Shown here: one piece after another, positions 8,331 to 18,294 of the stretch
How the letters are laid out: the number at the start of each line of letters is the position of its first letter
How positions within the stretch are numbered: position 1 is the first letter of the stretch
Origin: Polyangia bacterium
Lineage (GTDB): Bacteria; Myxococcota_A; Polyangia; JAAYKL01
Direction: 5' to 3'
DNA: 64,000 bases
Assembly: GCA_050287845.1 (NCBI GenBank)
Contig: JBNKCR010000065.1
Location: forward strand, 14,759 to 78,758
Made by a program: the position numbers and the translations under genes
The notes under the pieces: model-generated
Database searches by the model: none
Told to the model about the DNA's origin: nothing
The model's input: only the letters and a program-made list of their open reading frames with translations

Positions 8331-9855
8331 TGCGAATAAATTGACAATTGAAGATATTTGCACGGTGGCATCCGGCAACGCATCCGTGACGCTGAGCAGT
8401 GACCCCGGTTTTCTCTCACAAATCCGGAATGGACGAATTGCCCTTGAAAAGCTGAAAGCCCGCGAGCAAATCATTTACGGGGTCACCACCGGTGTGGGCG
8501 ATTCGTGTACCACCATCATTCCCGGCGACCAGTCCGATGACTTCGCCCACAATCTATTGCGTTTTCACGGCTGCGGCATGGGTGAATATCTCGATGTGGA
8601 AACCTGCCGGGCCGTGCTGATAGTCCGTCTGACCAGTCTGAAATCCGGTTTTTCGGCCGTTCGGGTAGACCTGCTCGCCTTCCTCACCGACCTGTTGCAA
8701 CGGGACATCATCCCCCGAATTCCCGCAGAAGGCTCAGTGGGGGCCAGCGGGGATCTCACGCCACTGTCGTATATTGCCGCCACGGTGGTCGGGGAACGGG
8801 AAGTGTATTACCGGGGCAAGGTCCGCCCCACAGCTGATGTGTTTACGGAATGTGAAATCATCCCCCTCGATTTGAAAGCCAAGGAAGCCCTGGCCATCAT
8901 GAATGGCACATCGGTCATGACCGCCATCGCGTGTCTGGCATTCAAGCGGGCCGCCCGGCTGGTAACCCTGGGCACCGGGGCAACGGCCCTGCTGGTGGAA
9001 GTGCTGCAGGTGAACAAGGGACACTTTGACCGGCGGATTTTCGAACAGAAGCCGCATCCGGGACAGATGGCAGTCGCTGCTCAGATTGCGGAGCAGATTC
9101 AGTACAATGACACCTATCGGTTAAGCGATGGTCAGCGGGTTCAGGCCACGTACGCCGTTCGATGCGCGCCTCACATTCTGGGGGTCCTCGCCGATGCCCT
9201 GACATGGATACGCTCGTATATCGAAACCGAAATCAACAGTGTCAACGACAATCCGCTGATTGATCCCGACCAGGGAGACGTGCTCCACGGCGGCAATTTT
9301 TACGGCGGCCATATCGCCTTTGCCATGGACAGCATGAAAAACGCCGTGGCCAACATCGCCGATCTTCTTGATCGCCAGATGGCCCTGCTGGTGAATGAAC
9401 GTAAAAGCAACGGTCTGCCGGCCAATCTGAGCGGTGCCAACGGCCACACCCGGGGCATTCACCACGGATTCAAGGCTGTTCATATCGGCACATCGGCTTT
9501 TGCAGCCGAAGCGCTTAAAAATGCCATCCCCGCGTCCATCTTCTCCAGGTCAACGGAAAGCAATAACCAGGACAAAGTCAGTCTGGGCACCATCAGCGCC
9601 CGGGACTGTATCCGGGTGCTGGAACTGACGGAACAAACGCTGGCAGCATTGCTGATGGCCCTGGCCCAGGCCGTGGATTTGCGGGAGCAGCGAAACGAGC
9701 TTATCCGAAGCGATCTACACCCCGAGCTGCGGCAGCTCTATGACAGTATCCGCTCGCATACGGCGTTTGTGGAAAAAGACAGGGCCCTCGAACACGAACT
9801 TCGCGCCCTCACCGCCGCCATTGCCGGGGGGCAACTGCTGCGGAGCCGGGAATGA
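8302..9855 (+). CDS. MIO-dependent aromatic amino acid ammonia-lyase (HAL/PAL/TAL family)
   Basis: IYGVTTGVG, GSVGASGDL (Ala-Ser-Gly MIO), MNGT, NDNPL, HGGNFYG, NQDKVS. ATG 8302 after GGAG. Confidence 0.93.
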   Translation: MTKPKSLTIDANKLTIEDICTVASGNASVTLSSDPGFLSQIRNGRIALEKLKAREQIIYGVTTGVGDSCTTIIPGDQSDDFAHNLLRFHGCGMGEYLDVETCRAVLIVRLTSLKSGFSAVRVDLLAFLTDLLQRDIIPRIPAEGSVGASGDLTPLSYIAATVVGEREVYYRGKVRPTADVFTECEIIPLDLKAKEALAIMNGTSVMTAIACLAFKRAARLVTLGTGATALLVEVLQVNKGHFDRRIFEQKPHPGQMAVAAQIAEQIQYNDTYRLSDGQRVQATYAVRCAPHILGVLADALTWIRSYIETEINSVNDNPLIDPDQGDVLHGGNFYGGHIAFAMDSMKNAVANIADLLDRQMALLVNERKSNGLPANLSGANGHTRGIHHGFKAVHIGTSAFAAEALKNAIPASIFSRSTESNNQDKVSLGTISARDCIRVLELTEQTLAALLMALAQAVDLREQRNELIRSDLHPELRQLYDSIRSHTAFVEKDRALEHELRALTAAIAGGQLLRSRE

Positions 9856-11045
9856 TGCACTGTCACATCCTGGACTACGGCATCGTCTCAGCGATGGGAA
9901 CATCGGTCGACGCCTGCAAATCCACACTGTTTGCCCCAACGTTGCCGCCCCTCGCCTTCCGGGATACCGCCGAAGGGAAGCCATTGCCCGTCTTTGAAGT
10001 GTCCGATATTCCCCGGTTGCCCGAAGCATTCAGGAAGTACGATTGCCGGAATAATCGACTGGCGCTCCTGTGCTTTGAGCAGATTGCCCGGACCGTGTCC
10101 GATTGCCAGACCCGTATTCCACCCGCACGACTCGGGGTTGTGGTCGGTTCGTCCACATCCGGGCTGGATGCCAGTGAATCTGCCTACAGAGAATTCAAGT
10201 CCACGGGAGTCCCGGGGCAAAACTGCTGTTTCCACACCCGCCATGCCATGGGCAGTCTATCCCGTTTCATCGCGGAATTGAGCGGTGCTGAAGGACCGGC
10301 GTACACGCTCTCCACCGCCTGTTCCTCCGCAGCCAAAGCCATGCTCTCGGCCCGGGGGCTCATCGAAGCGGGCATCTGCGACATGGTCATCAGCGGCGGG
10401 GTGGACAGCCTGTGCGACCTCACCATAAACGGGTTCAACAGTCTGGGGCAACTGAGTGAAGCGCGCATCAATCCGCTGAGCGAACACCGCAATGGCCTCA
10501 ACATCGGCGAGGGCGGTGCCCTGTTTGTCCTGGCCCGTCAGGGGGGCCGCATCGCCCTTTTCGGCGGTGGGGAGTCCATGGATGCCTATCATATGAGTGC
10601 GCCGTTGCCCGATGGGGCCGGTGCCGCACTCGCCATGGAACGGGCGCTGCAGGATGCCGGTATGGCGCCAGGTCAGGTACGATACGTGAATCTGCACGGA
10701 ACGGGCACCCGGGCCAACGATGCCATGGAAAGCAATGCGGTTCACCGAACCGTTCCGGATGCATACGCCAGTTCCACCAAGCCATTTACCGGTCACTGTC
10801 TGGGGGCTGCCGGTGCAGTGGAAGCAGCCATCTGCTGCATGTCTCTGGATGATGAACAGAATCGATTGCCGGCCCACCTGTTCGACGGACAGATAGACCC
10901 CACGCTGCCTCCCCTGAAGCTTGTCGTGCCGGATTCCCGGATACCGGAATCCCGGACAGGCCAGTGCTATCTGAGCAATTCCTTCGCATTCGGTGGCAGC
11001 AACTGTACCCTGGTACTCGGAAAAACCGATGGAGGCGTTCAGTGA
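9852..11045 (+). CDS. Beta-ketoacyl-ACP synthase (ApeO-like)
   Basis: Catalytic STACSS, HGTGT and GHCLGA; SNSFAFGGSN; CRNNRLAL. Confidence 0.92.
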   Translation: MMHCHILDYGIVSAMGTSVDACKSTLFAPTLPPLAFRDTAEGKPLPVFEVSDIPRLPEAFRKYDCRNNRLALLCFEQIARTVSDCQTRIPPARLGVVVGSSTSGLDASESAYREFKSTGVPGQNCCFHTRHAMGSLSRFIAELSGAEGPAYTLSTACSSAAKAMLSARGLIEAGICDMVISGGVDSLCDLTINGFNSLGQLSEARINPLSEHRNGLNIGEGGALFVLARQGGRIALFGGGESMDAYHMSAPLPDGAGAALAMERALQDAGMAPGQVRYVNLHGTGTRANDAMESNAVHRTVPDAYASSTKPFTGHCLGAAGAVEAAICCMSLDDEQNRLPAHLFDGQIDPTLPPLKLVVPDSRIPESRTGQCYLSNSFAFGGSNCTLVLGKTDGGVQ

Positions 11046-11746
11046 ACCAACGGGACATTTATCTGCACGACTGGTCCGGACGCGCATTTTCCCTCGACAC
11101 GCGGGAGTCGTTCCGCGGGTTTGTCATGAATCCGCACCCCATCGAACCCAACGTCGGATATCTCTGTGCCTGCCCGTCCGTTCCGCCCCGGGTTCGCGGT
11201 AAAAGTTCGCCCCTTTCCAGAATGGTCATGGCGCCTTTTTTCGAGATTGTGTCCCGCCACCAGCTCCCCCCCGCCAGTGTGGATGTGGTGTTTGCGTCGC
11301 GATTCGGTGAAATCAGAGTACTGGAAACCCTGCTGGAGGCCATCTACAGCGGGGAGGCCCTCTCTCCACTGGATTTCTGCAATTCGGTACACCATACCCC
11401 AACGGGCTATCTGAGTATTTCCGCAAAAAATCAGGGCATCTCCAGAACGGTGAGTGCCGGTGAACTCACCTTCGGGGCTGCGCTTCTGGAAACATGGCAA
11501 CTGCTGGCCACCGGCAGAAGTCAGCGGGTGGTGCTGCTCTGTGGCGATGAATCGGTGCCGGATTTTTTTATCCCCGGCGAAAAACATGAATTCGCATTTG
11601 GAATGGCGCTGTTATTTGGTATTGAAAAACAGACACAGGATGATGAAGAAATTGTTCTGTTCAATGCTATATATAAAACCAGTCGTCAGGCGGTAACCGC
11701 TTTCGACTGGCTGAGAAACCGATATTGTACCAATGGAGAAAAATGA
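11042..11746 (+). CDS. Ketosynthase chain-length factor (ApeC-like)
   Basis: GTG overlaps the KS stop. VFASRFGE, LSPLDFCNSVHH, TVSAGELTFGAALLE, GDE. Truncated thiolase fold without the catalytic triad. Confidence 0.85.
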   Translation: MNQRDIYLHDWSGRAFSLDTRESFRGFVMNPHPIEPNVGYLCACPSVPPRVRGKSSPLSRMVMAPFFEIVSRHQLPPASVDVVFASRFGEIRVLETLLEAIYSGEALSPLDFCNSVHHTPTGYLSISAKNQGISRTVSAGELTFGAALLETWQLLATGRSQRVVLLCGDESVPDFFIPGEKHEFAFGMALLFGIEKQTQDDEEIVLFNAIYKTSRQAVTAFDWLRNRYCTNGEK

Positions 11747-12195
11747 ATATCCGTGACGTCGCCGTTGAGAGGCTGCTCATTCACAAACCACCGATACTCA
11801 TGATAGATCGCGCCGTCTCTCACGCGACCGACGGGGTGACCTGCGAAGTGGAAATCCGGCCGGACAATATTTTCTGCACCGATGTCGGCGTTCCAGCATT
11901 TGTTGCCGTGGAATTCATGGCGCAGGCGATTGGGGTATTCGACGGCTGGCATCGGATTCGACATAACGGGGTTCCCAGAATCGGGTATCTGGTGGGTACC
12001 CGTCAGCTCGACCTGTATTGCGACTATTTTTTCCCGGGACAGGTGCTGACCATCGGTGCGAATATGGTCTGGGATGGTGTGCATCTGGTCCAGTTCCGGT
12101 GTTATACTGCGGATAAAACCCGCAATGAGGAATTGGCCCGGGCAACGATTAATGTATATTCACCCGATAGAAATAGTTCAGAAGGACTTTTATGA
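11743..12195 (+). CDS. Hotdog dehydratase (ApeP-like)
   Basis: LLIHKPPILMID, VEFMAQAIG, IGYLVGTR, ATINVYSP. Confidence 0.87.
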   Translation: MNIRDVAVERLLIHKPPILMIDRAVSHATDGVTCEVEIRPDNIFCTDVGVPAFVAVEFMAQAIGVFDGWHRIRHNGVPRIGYLVGTRQLDLYCDYFFPGQVLTIGANMVWDGVHLVQFRCYTADKTRNEELARATINVYSPDRNSSEGLL

Positions 12196-12914
12196 AACGC
12201 GTTATTGTAACAGGCGCCAGTAGAGGAATTGGAAAAGCCGCGGCTTTGCGACTGGCGGCCGACGGATACCGGGTCGGCATCAATTATCTGAGTAATGAAT
12301 CCGCCGCGCGAGAGGTACTTGAAACCATCACCGGTCAGGGCGGCGAGGGCTATCTGCTGCCGTTCAATATTGCCGACCGCACACAGACCCGGGATGTGCT
12401 GACGGCGGATCTGAACGAAAACGGCCCGCCATGGGGCATGGTGTGCAACGCCTCCATCGCCAGAGACGCCCCGTTTCCCGTGCTCGAAGACGATATGTGG
12501 GACGACGTGATCCACACCAACCTGGACGGCTTTTATAATGTGCTCAAACCGGTGGCCATGCCCATGGCCCAGGCCAGAAAAGGCGGGCGAATCATCGCCA
12601 TGTCATCGATTTCCGGCATCACCGGCAATCGGGGCCAGGTCAATTATGCCGCCACCAAGGCCGGCATCATCGGGGCATCCAAATCCCTGGCGATGGAACT
12701 GGCCAGGCGCAAAATCACCGTGAATGTGGTGGCGCCCGGTATTATTGAAACCGACATGACCCGGGACCTGATTCCGTCCGAAGTGATGAAACTGATTCCC
12801 ATGCGACGATTCGGCAAGCCGGAAGAAGTGGCATCCCTTGTGGCGTTTCTGATGTCAGAAGGCGCGGGTTACATTACCGGACAGGTCATTTCCGTGAACG
12901 GAGGTATGGTATGA
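12192..12914 (+). CDS. fabG: 3-oxoacyl-ACP reductase (FabG/ApeQ-like)
   Basis: TGASRGIG, NRGQVNYAATK (YxxxK), VAPGIIET, YITGQVISVNGG. Confidence 0.93.
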   Translation: MKRVIVTGASRGIGKAAALRLAADGYRVGINYLSNESAAREVLETITGQGGEGYLLPFNIADRTQTRDVLTADLNENGPPWGMVCNASIARDAPFPVLEDDMWDDVIHTNLDGFYNVLKPVAMPMAQARKGGRIIAMSSISGITGNRGQVNYAATKAGIIGASKSLAMELARRKITVNVVAPGIIETDMTRDLIPSEVMKLIPMRRFGKPEEVASLVAFLMSEGAGYITGQVISVNGGMV

Positions 12915-14140
12915 ATCGGGTTGTGGTTACGGGAATGAGCGGAATCACCTCACTGGGAGAGAATTGGCCGACGGTAAAAGCGAACCTGCTGGCTCGCAGG
13001 TCGGGCATCCGGAAGATGGAATCGTGGAAAGAGATTGACGGCCTCGTCAGTCACCTGGGCGCGCCGGTTTCGGAGTTCAGAATTCCAGCCCATTACAATC
13101 GCAAGCATCTGCGGACCGCCGGTCGGGTAGCTACACTGGCCATCCGCTCCACGGAACTGGCCCTCAAGGATGCCAATCTGCTGGAATCCCTATCGCTCAG
13201 TGACGGCACCACCGGCGTTTCGTACGGTTCGACCTATGGATCCGCGGACGCTTCCATTGAATTCATGAAACAGGTCGGCGTGGATAAAACCGTGAATGGC
13301 GTGAAAGGCTCCCAGTTCATCAAATTCATGAGCCACACCTGCGCCGCAAACATCAGTCAGTTTTTTAAAACCAGGGGAAGACTCATTCCCGCCTGTTCCG
13401 CCTGCACCTCCGGCAGTCAGGGCATTGGCTTCGGATACGAAATGGTGAAATTCGGGATTCAGGACATCATGATTTGCGGCGGCGCCGAGGAACTGGATCC
13501 GCTGGGGACGGCCGTATTCGACGTGATGTATGCCACCAGCCGACGAAACGATGAACCGGAGTCCACCCCCCGCCCATTCGATAAGGATCGGGACGGGCTC
13601 GTGGTGGGGGAAGGAAGCGCCACCCTCATATTGGAATCGCTGGACAGTGCAAAACGTCGCGGCGCCCCCATTTACGCGGAGTTGGTCGGATTTGCCAGTA
13701 ACAGTGACGGGGCGCACATGGTGAATCCCGCCCGGGAGGGCATGCATCAGGTGATGCAACTCGCCCTGCAGAATGCAGGTCTGACGCCAGATGATATCGA
13801 TTTTGTGTCTGCCCACGGCACATCCACTGAAATCGGGGATGTGGCCGAAACCCGGGCCACCGAAGCCTGCTTTGGCCGGCCAGTTCCCATTGCATCCCTG
13901 AAAAGCTACTTCGGTCATACGCTGGGGGCCTGCGGCGCCATTGAGGCGTGGGTCAGTATCCATCAGCTCAACGAGGGCTGGGTGGCGCCCACCATCAACC
14001 TTGTCACGCCGGATCCGGCCTGTGGCAAACTGGACTTCGTGATGGAAACCCGGTCCCTGGAGCAGACATACGTCATGAGCAACAATTTCGCCTTCGGCGG
14101 GGTGAACACCTCCCTCATCTTTAAAAAGTGGATGGAGTGA
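12911..14140 (+). CDS. Beta-ketoacyl-ACP synthase II-like (ApeR-like)
   Basis: RVVVTG, SACTSGSQ, AHGTST, KSYFGHTLGACG, SNNFAFGGVN. Confidence 0.93.
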   Translation: MNRVVVTGMSGITSLGENWPTVKANLLARRSGIRKMESWKEIDGLVSHLGAPVSEFRIPAHYNRKHLRTAGRVATLAIRSTELALKDANLLESLSLSDGTTGVSYGSTYGSADASIEFMKQVGVDKTVNGVKGSQFIKFMSHTCAANISQFFKTRGRLIPACSACTSGSQGIGFGYEMVKFGIQDIMICGGAEELDPLGTAVFDVMYATSRRNDEPESTPRPFDKDRDGLVVGEGSATLILESLDSAKRRGAPIYAELVGFASNSDGAHMVNPAREGMHQVMQLALQNAGLTPDDIDFVSAHGTSTEIGDVAETRATEACFGRPVPIASLKSYFGHTLGACGAIEAWVSIHQLNEGWVAPTINLVTPDPACGKLDFVMETRSLEQTYVMSNNFAFGGVNTSLIFKKWME

Positions 14141-14697
14141 AACGCATCGCTACAATTTTTATCAGCGCCGTTTTTGTCGCCTACCCGGTACTCATTTATT
14201 ATGGGCTGACCACTTTTTCACCCGCAGTGGTGGGAATAGTCATTCTGGCGATGCTGGGAGTGCGCACGGCAGTGGTGATGAAACTGTCCTTTCAGAAACT
14301 GAAGCCGCTCTTGCCCCTCACCATGGCCGCCGCGCTGCCGTCCGTGTATTCGCTGCTGTTCAACAGTGAGCGGGCGCTGTTGCTCACGCCGGTACTGGTC
14401 AACGTCGCATTGCTCGGCACCTTCGGATGGACCCTGCTCCGGGGCCCCAGCATGGTGGCGCGGTTTGCTGCCCTCAAAGAACCCACCATGACCGACGCCA
14501 TCCTCACCTACTGCAAAAAGGTCACGGTGGTATGGTGCACATTTTTCGTCGTCAACGGCGCCGTGGCCGCCTATACCGCCATATGTGCATCTAAAGAATA
14601 CTGGACTCTTTACAACGGTCTAATCAGCTACATTCTGATGGGACTCCTCTTTGGCGCGGAGTTCATCGTCCGAAAGACAGTGAAACAGAAGGGATGA
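14137..14697 (+). CDS. COG4648-type membrane protein (ApeG-like)
   Basis: Hydrophobic. YPVLIY, FGWTL.RGPSMVARFA, YCKKVTVVW, WTLYNGLISY. Start may be 14128. Confidence 0.85.
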   Translation: MKRIATIFISAVFVAYPVLIYYGLTTFSPAVVGIVILAMLGVRTAVVMKLSFQKLKPLLPLTMAAALPSVYSLLFNSERALLLTPVLVNVALLGTFGWTLLRGPSMVARFAALKEPTMTDAILTYCKKVTVVWCTFFVVNGAVAAYTAICASKEYWTLYNGLISYILMGLLFGAEFIVRKTVKQKG

Positions 14698-14700
14698 CCC

Positions 14701-15342
14701 ATGCACAAAGGGGTTACAATTGCAATCGCTCTATTTTTCATTCCCGCCGTCATCGTCGCCAACGACGGGGACAGCGTTTTTTCCCATCCGGTGACTCCCC
14801 GGAATCAGTCGGTATTCATGGGTGAGGTCAAACGCCTGCAGCTGAAAGGCGAACAGGTGAAGGGCTTCACCCAGCAAAAACGCGTCGCCGCACTGAAACG
14901 GCCGCTGATTTCCAGAGGCAGCATCGTACTAAGCCCCAAAGGCATATGCATTGCCACCCGGTCGCCCTTTTCGTCATCGGTAAAAATCACGACGGAAGGC
15001 ATCTGGCAGCGGGCCGGAAACCAGAAAATATCTGTAAAGAAAGCCGAAGACCACATCGAAATCCGCCACACAGCACGAATCCTGATAGCCCTGTTCACCG
15101 CGGACCAATCGGTGCTGGAAGAACGATTTTCTCTGTATTTCCAAAAAACAGACGCCGGATTTGAAATGGGGTTGCGCCCCAGAGATCGGCTGCTCGCCAG
15201 GATAATATCCGAGATAGTCATTGAAGGTGCCGAAGAGATCCATAAAATCGCAATCAAGGAGGCAAACGGGGATGGGACCACCATCCTGATTTCCGATGAC
15301 AAACCAGCCAGCCCAATTTCCCTCGACACCTGTGTTCGGTAA
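14701..15342 (+). CDS. LolA-like periplasmic lipid carrier (ApeL-like)
   Basis: Signal peptide; FTQQKRVAALKRPLISRG, PF, IKEANGDGTTI. Confidence 0.82.
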   Translation: MHKGVTIAIALFFIPAVIVANDGDSVFSHPVTPRNQSVFMGEVKRLQLKGEQVKGFTQQKRVAALKRPLISRGSIVLSPKGICIATRSPFSSSVKITTEGIWQRAGNQKISVKKAEDHIEIRHTARILIALFTADQSVLEERFSLYFQKTDAGFEMGLRPRDRLLARIISEIVIEGAEEIHKIAIKEANGDGTTILISDDKPASPISLDTCVR

Positions 15343-17647
15343 ATACCGAAAACGCATCGCTGCCCTGTACGCCCTGCTCATCATTGGTGGACTGGCGCTG
15401 CTCATTCACTATTTCATTTCATCGCCACTGAAAACCAGCATCCTGGACATGATTCCCGAAACGGAGCATACCCCCGCCACAAGGGCCGCGTATCACACGT
15501 TGAGCCACGCCCTGGAATCCCGACTGGTTATCCTTGTGGCAGCGAAGAATCCGACGTCCGCCATACACGCCGCCGATGACCTGTGCATGCGCTTGACGAA
15601 AGCCCACACCTTTTTTTCAGACGTTACCTGCCGTGTGGACGACACCATGAAAAAAAAGTTCTTCGACACCTTCTTTCCCGCGCGCTGGTCCCTGCTCTCC
15701 CCGGAAATTCGCCAGATGGCCACAGCCGACAACCAGGCAGCGCTGGTGCAGAAGACGGTACAGCGATTGTATGCCCTGTTTTCGGGTGGTACCTCATCCC
15801 TCATCGAAACCGATCCGTACTTTCTGTTTGAAGACTATTTCATGTCGCTGCCCAGCCTGTCCGGTGCGTTTTCCCCCCGGGACGGGCACCTGGTGCTCGA
15901 GAAGAAAAAACGAACATGGGTACTGATTACCGCAACGGGCAAAGACGGTGCATTTTCCGGTAGCGGCGCCTCTGAAATGGTCGCCACCGTCGACGACGCC
16001 ATCCGCAGCACCACGGCAGAAAACCCGGAATCAAAAATATTGTGGACCGGAATGGCCCGATACGCTGCCCAGGCGGCGAACGGGGCCAGAAGAGAAGTAT
16101 CCATCATTGGCACCGGTTCCATCATCGGCGTGATATGTCTGTTGCTGCTGGCGTTTTCCAGTTTCCGGGAACTCGTTTTCGGTCTCATCCCCATCGCTGC
16201 GGGAATCATATTGGCCGTGGCGGTGACATGGTCCCTGTTTGGAGAGCTGCATCTTATCACCCTGGTGTTCGGCGCATCGCTGGTGGGGGTGTGTATCGAC
16301 TACAGTTTTCACTACTTTGCCCACAATCTGGCGTCATCTTCCTCCCCTGAAAGGATTCTTGAGGAAGTGTTTCCAGGCATCACCCTGGGCATGGCCACCA
16401 GTGTCATCGGATATGTGGCGCTGCTGATAGCGCCCTTTCCCGGGTTCAAACAGATGGCCATTTTCGCCAGTGCCGGATTAATTGGCGCATGGGCCGCAGT
16501 GGTCCTGTGGTTTCCCTATCTGCCATTCACCCGAAGAGAGCGATCACTGCCCCGTCTCTGGTTCTGGACCCGGCGCTACACCCACATGCTGCACCCACGG
16601 CATCTGCGATGGGCGTTGCTCCTCTGCATCCCATTTGCCGTGGCGGTTCCCTTTGTTCAGGCCAACGACGATATTCGACTGCTGCGGGGAGAGTTTCCCA
16701 CCCTGGAACATGAAGAATCACAGATTGCCGGGCTGATGAAAACCTTCGACAAAAGCCGTTTTCTGGTAGTACAGGCGGTCACCGACGAAGCCCTGGCCCA
16801 GAAAGAAGAACACCTTCTTTCCAAACTGAAACCGCTCATTCGCTCCGGCGCCATCGGCAATGCCGTTGCCATGGCACAGCTGGTGCCATCCTTTCAGGTG
16901 CAGAAGGAAAACCGCCGTTTTTTGCGGCGGTTCACCAATGGGAATACTGCCAAATCCCTGTTTGACCATATGGGATGGGAACCCACGGACATCCGGAGAA
17001 TCACCCGGATGATTGACGAATCCAAACCATTGCGCGCACAGGATGTCGCTAAGATTCCAGGGTTCGCCCTCCCCGGGAAACTCCGGATTGGAAAAGTGGG
17101 TGACAACCGCGCATCGGTCATCCTGTTTCAGAATATCCGGGAGGAATCCGGTATCCGTGCGGCGATACGCAATGAAACCGGCGTCACCTATGTAAACAAG
17201 GTGCAGACCGTTACCTCACTGTTTACCCGGTATCGGCATCTTTCTGCACTGCTGGTAGGCGCGGCCTATGTGGCCATCCTGATTTTTCTCATGATCCGCT
17301 ACGGGGTGCGGCGGGGAATACGCACCATTCTCCCACCGCTCATGACGGCGATACTGCTGCTGGGAGGCATGAGTCTGTTGCGGGTGGAGGTCAATCTCTT
17401 CACTTTCTTCGCGCTCATCATCGTCCTGGCCATTGGCATTGACTACACATTGTTTTTCGCCGAATCCCGGGACACGGCCCCCACGGTATTTGCCATTTCT
17501 CTTTCGGGAATAACCACCATTCTGTCCTTCGGACTTCTGGCATTAAGTCAGAATCCGGCACTGCGGACGTTCGGTGTCACGGTACTGGTCGGAATCTTTC
17601 TGGCCATGTGTCTATCTCCTTTATCGCAGAAACGGGAGTTCATATGA
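15296..17647 (+). CDS. MMPL/RND family exporter (ApeM-like)
   Basis: Two TM blocks; LVFGASLVGVCIDYSFHY and LAIGIDYTLF; FGLLALS.NPALRTFG. Confidence 0.9.
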   Translation: MTNQPAQFPSTPVFGKYRKRIAALYALLIIGGLALLIHYFISSPLKTSILDMIPETEHTPATRAAYHTLSHALESRLVILVAAKNPTSAIHAADDLCMRLTKAHTFFSDVTCRVDDTMKKKFFDTFFPARWSLLSPEIRQMATADNQAALVQKTVQRLYALFSGGTSSLIETDPYFLFEDYFMSLPSLSGAFSPRDGHLVLEKKKRTWVLITATGKDGAFSGSGASEMVATVDDAIRSTTAENPESKILWTGMARYAAQAANGARREVSIIGTGSIIGVICLLLLAFSSFRELVFGLIPIAAGIILAVAVTWSLFGELHLITLVFGASLVGVCIDYSFHYFAHNLASSSSPERILEEVFPGITLGMATSVIGYVALLIAPFPGFKQMAIFASAGLIGAWAAVVLWFPYLPFTRRERSLPRLWFWTRRYTHMLHPRHLRWALLLCIPFAVAVPFVQANDDIRLLRGEFPTLEHEESQIAGLMKTFDKSRFLVVQAVTDEALAQKEEHLLSKLKPLIRSGAIGNAVAMAQLVPSFQVQKENRRFLRRFTNGNTAKSLFDHMGWEPTDIRRITRMIDESKPLRAQDVAKIPGFALPGKLRIGKVGDNRASVILFQNIREESGIRAAIRNETGVTYVNKVQTVTSLFTRYRHLSALLVGAAYVAILIFLMIRYGVRRGIRTILPPLMTAILLLGGMSLLRVEVNLFTFFALIIVLAIGIDYTLFFAESRDTAPTVFAISLSGITTILSFGLLALSQNPALRTFGVTVLVGIFLAMCLSPLSQKREFI

Positions 17648-18279
17648 CAACTCGCAGGACATTCATTTATCTCAAACTGTACGCCGCCATCCTCCTTGCC
17701 GGATGTGCTGGACGAACCGTCCACACGTCGCCGGCAAACGTCGACTACGTGGACGGCATCGCGGCACAGTTTCAGAAAAACGCATTCGATGTGCAACCAT
17801 CACTGGTGCAGCAGGTGGTCTACACCAGAGGTGAATCGTCTCTTTCGTTTACGGCAATGGTGGAAGTGTCCAATGATTCAGTTGCCATCGCCGGTCTATC
17901 GCCCCTGGGCAAAAGACAATTCATGATGACCATTGCGACGAACGATATCACCTACACGAAAGAACCCCTGTTTGAATGGCCGTTTCCTCCCGTATATCTG
18001 GCCAGGGACTTCCTGCTGGTGTATCAGGACGCCTCTTTACTGAAAGCGCAAAACCCCGAACTGGATGTGGTGGATGCCGGAAAATGGCGAGACATACGGC
18101 TTGCGGAGCACTTGCAGATTCAGATTGAGTACGAACACCGGGGTTTCGAAACCGGTAAAATCCGACTGGTTCATCTGGCGCAGGGATATACCCTCGAAAT
18201 CGATACGGTACAGGTGGATTTTCCCGCGGAAGTGATTACCTCTGAAGTGATCACCTCAAAGGACGAAGAAGAACGATAG
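17644..18279 (+). CDS. DUF3261-like lipoprotein (ApeN-like)
   Basis: Lipobox LLAG-C; AGLSPLGKR; YTLEIDT; position after the MMPL gene. Confidence 0.75.
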   Translation: MTTRRTFIYLKLYAAILLAGCAGRTVHTSPANVDYVDGIAAQFQKNAFDVQPSLVQQVVYTRGESSLSFTAMVEVSNDSVAIAGLSPLGKRQFMMTIATNDITYTKEPLFEWPFPPVYLARDFLLVYQDASLLKAQNPELDVVDAGKWRDIRLAEHLQIQIEYEHRGFETGKIRLVHLAQGYTLEIDTVQVDFPAEVITSEVITSKDEEER

Positions 18280-18294
18280 ATTGGACACTTTCCA

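Noticed and set aside
18229..18258. 15-bp tandem duplication (EVITS x2) at the end of the DUF3261-like gene
   Set aside because: Real but trivial: two copies in a probably disordered tail.
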